From: Rhizophagus irregularis
Lineage: Eukaryota
Assembly (NCBI RefSeq): GCF_026210795.1
Contig: NC_089430.1
Location: 4,278,001 to 4,342,000, forward strand
Length of the DNA stretch: 64,000 nt
Direction: 5' to 3'
Positions 53,068 to 64,000 of this stretch are shown one piece after another (positions within the stretch are counted from its first letter, which is position 1; each line of letters starts with the position of its first letter). The position numbers and the translations under genes are program-made. A model generated the notes under the pieces. The model did no database searches and was not told the DNA's origin. It saw only the letters and a program-made list of their open reading frames with translations.

Positions 53068-54400
53068 ATGAAGATTAAAGTTTTTTTTTAAAGATCCTCC
53101 CATAACGTTAAAGCAATGCTGACGATTGAGACGCTATTATTCGAGTTTGTGAAAACAAAATACAGAGGTTTCGTGCATATTCGCTTAATTTACCTGCTCG
53201 TTATTTCAAAAGTGTACTTTCTGTTAATTAGATGAAAAAGGAAATTAATATGATAATACTTAATAAACCAAATATTATTCCATCCGTTTTTGAAATAATT
53301 TTAACGTAAGTATATTTTATTTTATTAATTTTTATATTGGAGCATTATTTGTTGCTTTTAAATTTTAATGAAAAAAAAAAATTACTATTTAATTTAAATA
53401 TATTGACATTGGTGAACTTGTTTTGACTGGGTGAAAATATTCTTAGTTTGCTAGTTACATCCGATGGATTATTTCTTGAAGATTTATTTGGATTTGTTTA
53501 TAATTACTTACTTAAAAACGAGCCGTGAAAATTTTGTGTTTAACTTTGATAATTGCAAGAAATTAAAAGATTATTGTCTTGAATCTATCCGCAACATTCT
53601 ATTAACATTTTTTCGTCAAAAGCTTTTCTTTCAAATAAATAAGGAAATACTTTTTGCTTGTGAATTATTAATTGAAGAAGTTATCGTTTGAAATTATTTA
53701 ATTAAGTGAGTATTGAACAAAACTCCTGGTCTTGGGAATGAGAATAATGTGATAGAGCCAAATGGAATAATGAATTACTAAGCATCAAAATTGACTTTAA
53801 ACCAATTTACTCCTCTTGTTCTATTTTTGGAAATTCTTAATGATGACTTTCTTACTATTATTCCTGACAATACTTATTAGAAATTCATTATAAAAATTTT
53901 TTATCTAAACTACAACTTTATTACCTAAAACTAGTTTAATATTCAAATCAAATATAAAACTTGCAAATATAATAATTAATTGAATCGATAAAAACGTCAT
54001 ACTAGAAATGATTCTTTATATCAATCAGTTTAAGCATTTTATCGTGGTATTCGTGATGAAATTAATAATAGTTTATTTAAAAATAAATGTAATGGTCAAA
54101 TAATAAGTGTAGTTTTAATTAAAAGTTAAACAATCAACAACAATTTCTGGTGGATAATATAGCTTTTATTGGTTTTAATTCTTTAAGAGATAATTATGTT
54201 ATTAATAATGTTTATGGTTATCGATTTTACAAGTCGTCGATAATTTTATTTTCTCATTTAAAGATAGTAAAGTTACTCAAAATATGAAAACAAGTCGTTT
54301 TAAAGCAATATTCAAAGATAATCGTTGTGGATTTAATTTTGGTAATGGTTTATTGAGTATGAATAATAAAATTTTACATGTTAAATAATTTAAATACGTG
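53068..54400 (+). pseudogene. Heavily decayed BTB-BACK-TLDc pseudogene
   Basis: Colinear remnants (FRAYS, NCKKLKDYCLESI, cgtggtattcgtgatg, ggatttaattttggt) with many stops and frameshifts; intron donor retained near 53306. Confidence 0.82.
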
Positions 54401-55921
54401 TAATAGTAATATAATTGGCAAAATTAGGATCTTTATCACATCTAATCGATAATTTATTTTAGAAAATTTTAAAATTTAGATTTGTATTTTTTTTTAAGAA
54501 TTCGATCAATCTAATTAAGGATTTAGACACTTCAATTAATATAATTCGAATTATTATTTTTTGACAATTTAATACGGTAATAATTATTAGACGAATATGT
54601 AACCGGAACTACTATATCATATTATTAGCAATTTAAAGTACTACTGTAATTAATGAATACTAAATTAAATAATCTCAACCGAAGTAATATTTTAATATCT
54701 TAGACATTGAAATCTTTAATTCCTTTACGATAATCCTTTTGAATTCCAATAATTGATTTCAACTTAAAATTTGTTTTCTAAAATTGTCTACTATGTAAAT
54801 ATTGATTCAGAATATACTGTAATTAATAAATTTATGGGAGATAGAGATTATCAGACAAAGACTGATATCTTCCATCTAATAAATGAATTATTGTACTGCC
54901 ATTAAAAATACTGCGGTGGCTAGTAAGAATTAAAACCACTAAATACTAATATTGATTTTAAACATCCCAGTAAATATATCGGTCAATAAAATCCCATAAA
55001 CTTACAACTAACAGAACAATAATAAATAATTGAATACTTTTAAATTTCACACAATTATTGATTTTCTTTCAAGTTTGACGAATTTATTAAATATCCATAA
55101 TTTTTATTACCTTGGTTTTACCTTTCATTACCTAAACAATATATAAAATATGATTTAATTCCTTATGACATTTTAAAAGTTACGAAGAATCGGCCGCTAT
55201 ATGTTTAATTATTAAAATTTTATAGAATAACATTTGTACATAGCATAAAAATAAATATAATCTTTTTACAAGCGAAATAACTTATCATACATCAATTTAA
55301 AAGGTATCAAAAGATGGCAATAACTTTTCAAGAGTTGTTGAAAGGAGTTGAACAACTTAAAAAGAGACTTATTCCTATAAATATTTTAATATTTTATTTA
55401 TTAAACTAACAATATTTATAAATAAATTATTTACATTGATTTGTATTTGATTTGAATATAAATTTGAGAATATAAACTTATTGCGATAGAAGACAAACTT
55501 ATGGACAGTAGCCATAATTAACAATGAATTGCATATTATCATTCTCTACAATTCTCCTTTGCAATAAATCTTTTAAAAATATAATGGGATTACTTTTGAA
55601 CTTAAAGTGCATTTTAGAATTGGATTATAATATAAAAATAAAAAATAACAATAATAATGATAACCGTGCTCCGTATATTAAATATAATTGCCGATAATTT
55701 CGTTATTTTAAAAAATCAAAAATAAGCTATTACGTGGCCAAATCTTTACCAATTATCTGCTATAATTGGTTAATAATTGTGATATTAATCGTTGCAAAGC
55801 ACAATAACTTATAAATAATATTCTTTATGGCATTAAAATCTCGTTTTTACTGGCATGTATTTCTTAATGAGGTTTTAAATTGTATCCGATTTTTATTAGT
55901 GATTTTGTATCAATGAAAATA

Positions 55922-57534
55922 TTAAATATTGTCTACAGTAAAGATTTCAATTTTCTCAATGGTATAAATTATGTGTGTATTTAAATTATTTTCATAATTT
56001 TTTGTTATTATTATTAATATGTAAACTATTTCCGTTCATACACAATGAACTCCGACTAAAATTAAATCCACTACTATCATGAACCATTATGGCTTGAGAT
56101 ACATTTACTACCCGACTTAATTTCTCGTCATTATTTTCGAATGAGAAAATGAAATTATCTGATGAGTTATAAAATAGAAAACCATAACCATCAACAATAT
56201 AATCATCTCCTAATAAACTAAACCCGATAGAACTGTATCCACCAAAAAATTTTATTTGTATCCTTAATTTTGATTAGGACCAAACTTGCTACTCGTCCAT
56301 TACATTTTCTTCTAAAAGATTCATTACTAATTCCATCACGACTATTTATTAATCCAATTAATCATTACTCTTGCAAGTATTGTTTTGATAATATTTGATT
56401 TGTATCTTTCCTATTCTGATTGAAAAATTAATACTAAGCGATAAAGTTATAGATTTTGATAAGGCATCTTTATTAAGAAATCTTTCAATTCCCTCATAAA
56501 TATTATTAGGAATAATAGTTATACAAGGGTAGACTTTATAAAATAAGCCAGTACGAGAAATTTCCAAAAACCGAATAAGAGGAATAAATTGGTTTAAAGT
56601 CAACTTTAATGCTTCGTAATTCTCATTATTCCATTTAGATTTATCATTATTCTCATTCTCAAGACCAAGAGTTTGTTCAAGGCCCCATTTAATTAAATAA
56701 TCCCAAAAAGTAATTTCCTCAATTGGTATGTCATCTCTTTGAAGCAAACAAAAAAGTATTTCCTTATTTATTGAAAGAAAAGCTTTTGAAGACAAAAATG
56801 GTAGTGAACCCTCCGCAGATAGATTTAAAACAATAATCTTGTAATTTCTTGCAATTATCAAATTTAAATACATTATGTAGAATGAAGGCGTTATTTCATG
56901 AACCCAGCTGATTTGTTTTGTAATTAAGTAATTTTGAATTTGTTCAAATAACTCTTCAAGAAATAATTCATGGGATGCAACTAACAATTCAATAATATCT
57001 TCACCCAATTGCTTAGTATAATCGAGCTCACCAGTGTAAATATATCTTAAGTCAAAATAAAAAATAATTTCTTTATTAAAAACAAATAAATAATCAAGCT
57101 TAAAAAATATAAAAATTATCCTTACTTTAAAATCATTTCGAAAACGGTTGGAAGAACATTTGGCTTTTTAAATATAATCATATTATTTTCTTTGGTTATC
57201 CAATTAACAGCCCAGTAAAAAGTTCTTATACCAATATAGGCCAATTATGAAATGAGCCCATTCGGTATAAAATTTGGCCATATTTATTTTAATTTTATCC
57301 CATTTATGGTCCAATTTTTCGTACCAAACGGGCTCATGTATAAATTCAATACAAACCTAATATGAATTCAGTACAGGACTTTTTACTGGGCAGGAAGTGC
57401 AGTTTTAAAATATGTGCACGAAATTCTTTTGTATTTTGGTTTTCACCAACCCGTATTATTACATTGTAATTGTCTGCATTATTCAATATTAAGGAGAGGT
57501 CTTTTGAAAGATTGGAATGAAAAATTAATGTCAT
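55922..57534 (-). pseudogene. BTB-BACK-TLDc pseudogene interrupted by a MITE
   Basis: Starts MTLIFHSNLSKDLS; deletion after FRAH; MITE in exon 1; several frameshifts in exon 2; TLDc remnants at 55922-56345. Confidence 0.85.
57211..57390. mobile_element. CMC/EnSpm-like MITE (180 bp)
   Basis: TIR cccagtaaaaagt...actttttactggg; 3-bp TSD cag; removing it restores the AL.VNW coding sequence. Confidence 0.88.
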
Positions 57535-58783
57535 TTTTTTCGTAAGAAAAAATAAAAAAAGGTTGCAAAGTATAAACGAACAATTTATTAATTTCTTTTT
57601 TGACTCAATTTTTGATCATCAATTATGAACATTTGATTGTTTCACATGGCGCCATTCAAATGAATTAATTACGTCATAGACTTTTTTTCGTCCTCTCAAT
57701 GATGAGGATTATATTGCGTTCAATAATGACCTGGTCATTTAAGCTTCCTAATTTTGATTGGTTGACGTTTTATGATTTAATTGACCGACATTTTCGATCA
57801 TTCGATATGACAATTTACGAACTGTCTTTTTTTTTATGGGGCGGAAAATTCGTCGATCAACGTGATTATTTTATTTTTTTATCTAATACTACAAACTATG
57901 AGTTATCCTACAATACTATGATTTTGTGAATGTTTTTTTCAAATAAATAAATGGATGAAATTTTATCCTGTTTAGTTTAATCATTATTGGACGAAAGTTG
58001 TGGATTTATTATAAGATGTCTAAAACTTTCTCTCCAATCGTTATTTATATTTTGTTTGACATTCATTTAAGTAATCCAAGTAAAAAAAAACAGCCTAATT
58101 TATTCAAACAATCTCGTTTATATAAAAAAAAAAAAGTTTGTTTAAATAACAAGTGTTAACTTTATTATAATTATGTTCATATTTATTTATATTTTACAGC
58201 AAGTTCAGTTGTTAAAAACGATATTTAACCACTTCTTTAATTGCTTTCAATTTTTTATTTTTGTTAATTTTTTATTATATATAAAAATTTGTCCAATTAT
58301 TTTTACATGATAAATATTTAGAAACAATTTTATTAGAATGTTCGAAAATCTTCAAGAAACCGTAGAAATTAATTTATTAATTTTTAAATAATTATTTAAA
58401 AATAAACATTCCGAATATAAATTTACTTCTTTAAAAAAATATCATATATTTAGCACATATACCGAATATTTTTAGTATGAAAATTATATGTCACATGATT
58501 CAGTATTTTTTTTTTTTTTTGCGAAAAAAAAATTGAACTTTAATATTTGCAGAAATGATTTTTGCATAACATACGAATTCAATTTATATTGAATAGAATT
58601 TTTCAAAAATATTGTGCTATGAAAATGTTTTGGCCAAAATTATGTAAATTACTTTTGAAATTGGTTAAGGGAAAGCTACTGTATATTTGGTTAACTTGTA
58701 AAAAGTAAAATCTGTCAAAAATATTGAATATTATTAGAAATTATTTTATCGTTAATACTATCACCTCTCCTTTAGTTCTAAAA

Positions 58784-60463
58784 GGTTACGGTACATTTCG
58801 CCGAAAGGACGTTTCGACGAAAAATAGGGCCAACATTATGTAGAATTATAAATAACTCAGCCCTATAAAAAATTGGATACGTTTTTTATAAAGTTTTTAT
58901 ACGATTTTTTTCCTTAGAAATAACGTATCATAATAGGATACGGAAAAATGCACAATTCCGTATCACTAAAAATATGGTTTGGATACGGAATTTGCACGGA
59001 ATTCATATGGAATTTACATATCACTGATTTTATCACGAAATTTATACGATTTGGTCACTGAATTTACTATTTGTATTACAGTTTACTATAATTATATTTA
59101 CATAAATCTAATTTTACTTTATTAAATTAAATAAAAAATAAAAAATAAACAAAATATAAATACATTATGAAAATTCCCTCCTTATTAAAACCACCTATTG
59201 CAACCAAAATTATCTATAAGTTCAGGTTCATTTGGAGTCAAACAACCTAAAAAAAACAAAAAAAAAGAAACATAAGAACGTCTAACTTAATTGGAAACAA
59301 AACCCCCCTTCATATAGTATCTGCAATCGTCCAAATCACCAAAGGTCAGTATTCCTACAAAAAAAGAAAGAGAACTCCAGAATGTCTGACCTACATAAAT
59401 GAAAAGAATTATGAAGCATCTGATGAAAAAGAAACCAAAACAACAAAATAAATCCAAAACTGACCTACAAAAAAAGAAGACTCTGAAGCAACAAAACTAA
59501 AACAACCCACAAAAAGAAAAGAATCTGAACCCAACTTACAAAAAAAAAAAAGAAAATTTGAACAGACCTAAAAAAAGAAAAAAATCCTGAACAATCCTAC
59601 AAAAAGGAAAGGACTCCCAAACTGATCTACAAAAAAGAAAAAAGAAACTGAATCTTCTCACAAAAAAAAATCTGCTGGCCTATGAAATAAAAAGGGATAA
59701 ATATAAATAAAATAGAAAGGGGAATAAAGAATAAATCAAAAAAAAATATTTTTTTAAAAAGAGAGTAACGAAGTTAGGAAAGTTAAAAAAAATTTTTTTT
59801 TAAAGGGAGGACGTCAAAGTTAGAAAAATAAAAAAATTTTTTATAAAGAGGAAATAGAAATAGAAAGAAGAAAATTGTTTTAAAAAAAAGATAAAAGAAT
59901 AAAATCAAAAAAAAATTTTTTTTTTAAGGGAGTGACGAAAAAAAATTTTTTTTTTAAAGGAGTGATGAAAAAAAAAATTTTTAAAGTGAGGTACGAAAAA
60001 AAAAATTTTTTTTTAAAAGGGGGGTGACGAAAAAAGAAGAAAAATTTAGAAAAAATAACAAAAATAAGACAAGAGAAAAGAGAAGGAAGGGAAAGACAGA
60101 AAGGAAGATCGGAAGATCAAACTCATCAAAGTAAGGGTTTATATAAAAACAAAAAACAAAACAATAAACAATCACGTGATCTCGTGTTATGATACGAGAT
60201 TTTTGTAAAATTATTTTCTAAGTTTAAAAATTCCATATACATTCCGTATGATTAATTTTTTCCGTATACATTTCGTATACATTAGTTTTTTTAAAAAATG
60301 TTCAAAAATGAATTGCTTATTAAATATACGGAATTTGTATACAGAATCTATAGAAACGTACATAAAATGTATACAAAACGTATCCTTTCCGTATACATAT
60401 TTCTTATAGGGCAGGCCAGATTATTTTTCGACGAAATGGCTTTCGGCGAAATGTCCCGATACC
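58784..60463. mobile_element. MULE-like MITE split by a nested 1.55-kb element
   Basis: TIR ggttacggtacatttcgccgaaag...ctttcggcgaaatgtcccgatacc; perfect 9-bp TSD gttctaaaa. Confidence 0.88.
58861..60411. mobile_element. CMC/EnSpm-like non-autonomous element (1551 bp)
   Basis: Termini ccctataa...ttataggg; 3-bp TSD cag; atacg/cgtat subterminal repeats; A-rich internal repeats. Confidence 0.82.
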
Positions 60464-60685
60464 GTTCTAAAATGTAGATCATTTCAAATATTGAACATTT
60501 TTATTTAAAAAAAGAAAGACTTACTCAACACATTATTTCGGTCTAACCAAAAATAACTTTGAAACCATAAGTACATAAATTTGTATCACACGAGGATGCG
60601 CCCTTACGTATAAATTTATTTATTTATATATCGTTACAAATAAGATTTTATTCAAAAAATTTTTTAGGTTGTTTAAATAATAATA

Positions 60686-63600
60686 ATGTCCTTTGAAGAA
60701 ATTGAAAGTAATAATTATTTAGAATACTTAAAAAAGAATTTTAAAAGCTGGACCAGTGGAAATGAACAAATTGATAATTTTGTCCAAGAAATGCAATTGA
60801 ATAATATTAAAGGCCATCATGATATTATATTTGAGTGGATACCATATAATCAGTTTTATGAAATCAAAGAAACAAAAAAAAATGATTTTATTACAGTATA
60901 TTCAGCAATATGGAAAGATGGCCCATTATGTAAGATTTTTTGGAGTGATAAACGTACAAGAAGTTCAAATAATAAAGAAGTTGCTTTAAAATGTTTGCAT
61001 AACTCACGTAATCCAATTGAATCTCTAATAAATGAGGTATAGCATTTTTATATATAACTTAATGTAATGTTTCTTACTGTAATTTATCTATTTGATTTAT
61101 TCATTAATCTTTTAGGTTAAAAGGTATTCAGTAAAAAAACTTGGTATTAAAATATATGGAATATCTCAGAATCCAGATACAAATGATTATATTCTAGTTC
61201 AATATAATTTCATTGTAAATTGTATGAGTGGCAATGAAAAAATTGATAATTTCATTCAAGAAATGCAATTGGAAACCAGTTATTCTAATATAGTATTTGA
61301 ATGGATAACATATAACCAGTTTTATGAAATTAAAGAAACGGGATAAAATGGTTTTATGACAGTATATTCAGCAATATGGAAAGATGGCCCATTATGTAAG
61401 AATGTTTGGGATGGTAAATGTACAAGAAATTCAAATAATAAAGAAGTTGCTTTAAAATGCTTGCATAACTCACATAATCCAATTGAATCTTTAATAAATG
61501 AGGTATAGCATTTTTATATATAACTTAATGTTTCTTATTGTAATTTATCTATTTGATTTATTCATTAATCTTTTAGGTTAAAAGGTATTCAGTAAAAAAA
61601 CTTGGTTATGAATTTATTAAAATATATGGAATATCTCAAAATCCAGATACAAATGATTATATTCTAGTTCAAAACAATTTCATAAATCTTGTAAATTTGA
61701 TGAGTGGCAATGAAATAACTGATAATTTCATTCAAGAAATGCAATTGGAAACCAATTATACTAATATAGCATTTGAATGGATACCATATAACCAGTTTTA
61801 TGAAATTAAAGAAATGGGAAAAAGTGGTTTTATGACAGTATATTCAGCAATATGGAAAGATGGCCCATTATGTAAGAATGTTTGGGATGGTAAATGTACA
61901 AGAAATTCAAATAATAAAGAAGTCGTCTTAAAATATTTGCATAATTCACATAGTCTAATTAAATCCCTAATAAATGAGGTATAGCACTTCTATATGTATA
62001 TAACTTAATGTTTCTTATTGTAATTTATTTATTTTTATTTATTTAATCTTTTAGGTTAAAAGGTATTCAGTAAGAAAAGTTCCTTATGAATTTCTTAAAA
62101 TATATGGAATATCTCAGAATCCAGATACAAATGATTATATTTTAATTCAAAATAATTCCATAAACCTTGTAAACTGGATGAGTGGCAATGAACAAATTGA
62201 TAATTTCATCCAAGAAATGCTATTGGAAACCAATTATTCCGATATATCATTTGAATGGATACCATATAATCAGCTCTATGCAATTAAAGAAACGGGAAAA
62301 AATGATTTAATGACGCTATATTCAGCAATATGGAAAGATGGTCCATTGCATTATAATTCTAAAAATGAAAGAAATTCAAACAAAGAAGTTGTTTTAAAAT
62401 GCTTGCATGACTCACATAATTTAATTGAATCTCTACTAATAAATGAGGTATGGTATTTCTATATATATATAACTTAGTGTTTCTTATTGTAATGTATTTA
62501 TTTTATTATTTAATCTTCTAGGTTAAAAAGTATTTAGTGAAAAAATTTTGTTATAAGTCTCTTAAGTTATATGGGATATCTCAAAATTCGGATACAAATG
62601 ATTATATTTTGATTTTTAACTGGACAAGTGGAAATGATAAAATTGATAATTTGATCCAAGAAATGCAATTGAAACCCAATCATTCTGATATAGTATTTGA
62701 ATGGATACCATATAATCAGCTTTATGACATTAAAGAAACAGGAAAAGATAGCTTTATGACAGTATATTCAGCAATATGGAAAGATGGTCCATTATATTAT
62801 AATTATAGAAATAAAGACCATTATATAAGAAATTCAAACATAAAAGTTGCCTTAAAATGTTTGCATAACTCATATAATCCAATTGATTCCCTAATAAATG
62901 AGGTATAGTATTTTATTTGTATCCGAATGTTCCTTATCAAAATATTCATTTTATTAATGATTTAGGTTAAAACATATTCAGTAAAAATATTTGGTTATAA
63001 TAAGTTTATTGAAGTATATGGAATATCTCAAAATCCAAGCACAAATAATTATATTTTGGTTCAAAATAACTTCATAAATCTTGTAAATTGTATGAGTGGG
63101 AATGAAAAAATTGATGATTTAATTCAAACAATACAATTGAAATCAAATAATTCTGATATAATATTTGAATGGATACCATATGATCAGTTTTATGAAGTTA
63201 AAGAAAATGGCAAAAATGATTTAATGACAATAATTTCAGCAATATGGAAAGATGGTCCATTTCATTATGATTATAAAAATGATTATTATACAAGAAGTTC
63301 AAATGAAAAGGTTGCTTTAAAATGCATGCATAGCTTGCAAAGTCCAATTGAATGCCTAATAAATGAGGTATAATATTTCTATATATATTTTAATTTTCTT
63401 ATTGTAAAATTTATTTTATTTATTAATATTTTAGGTTAAAAAATACTCAGCAAAAATATTTGGTTATGAATTTATTAAAATATATGGAATATCCCAGAAT
63501 CCAGATACAAATGATTATGTTTTAGTTCAAAATAATTTCATAAACCTTGTAAATTGGATGAGTGGTAATGAAAAAATTGATAATTTCATTCAAGAATTGC

Positions 63601-64000
63601 AATTAGAAACCAATAATAACTTTGATATGATAGTATTTGAATGGATACCATATAATCGGATTTATAAAATTGAAGAAACAGGTAGAAATGATTTTATGAC
63701 AGTATATTCAGCAATATGGAAAGAGGGCCCACTATGTAGGAATTTGCGGAGCAGTAAATGTACAAGAAATTCAAATAAAAAAGTTGCTTTAAAATGCTTG
63801 CATAACTCACATAATTAAATTGAATCTCTAATAAATGAGGTATAGTATTTTGTATATATTTTAATGCTTCTTATTGTAATTTATTTATTTTTATTTATTT
63901 AATTTTTTAGGTTAAAAAGTATTCAGTAAAAAAATTTGGTTGTGAGTTTCTTAAGTTATATGGAATAACTCAGAATTCAGACACAAATGATTATATTTTG
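60686..64000 (+). CDS. Tandem kinase-N-lobe repeat gene, at least 8 symmetric exons; incomplete at the window edge; two exons carry stops, so possibly a pseudogene
   Basis: Exons 60686-61036, 61116-61502, 61577-61978, 62055-62447, 62522-62902, 62966-63367, 63435-63839 and 63911 onward. Every complete exon is a multiple of 3 nt with junctions at NE|VK. Repeated motif YGISQNPDTNDYIL...SGNEKIDNFIQ...FEWIPY...YSAIWKDGP...VALK. In-frame TAA at 61344-61346 and 63816-63818. Confidence 0.85.

Overview
This is very AT-rich eukaryotic DNA with short GT-AG introns. The gene families (HRD/HKD-FHSGN tyrosine-kinase-like kinases with a WTSGN..ID.FI pre-domain, BTB-BACK-TLDc proteins, an SP7-type repeat effector) point to an arbuscular mycorrhizal fungus, probably Rhizophagus; this is inferred from family recognition, not from a search. 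The window is a birth-and-death cluster. It holds 2 intact kinases, 1 kinase pseudogene and further kinase fragments; 3 intact and 3 broken BTB-BACK-TLDc genes; and an array of at least 8 exons encoding kinase N-lobe repeats that runs off the right edge. Two genes are missed by the ORF track: a 503-aa secreted SP7-like repeat protein (17677-19268, minus strand) and a Gds1/HARE-type winged-helix gene (21445-22121, minus strand). Intergenic DNA is dense with non-autonomous elements, several with readable TIRs and TSDs (hAT-, MULE-, Tc1/pogo-, CMC-, Helitron- and Helentron-like), and some are nested. There is also a poly(A)-tailed, TSD-flanked retroelement that encodes only ORF1, and several arrays of micro-exon-like units. 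I saw no rRNA, tRNA or CRISPR. Coordinates were read by hand.
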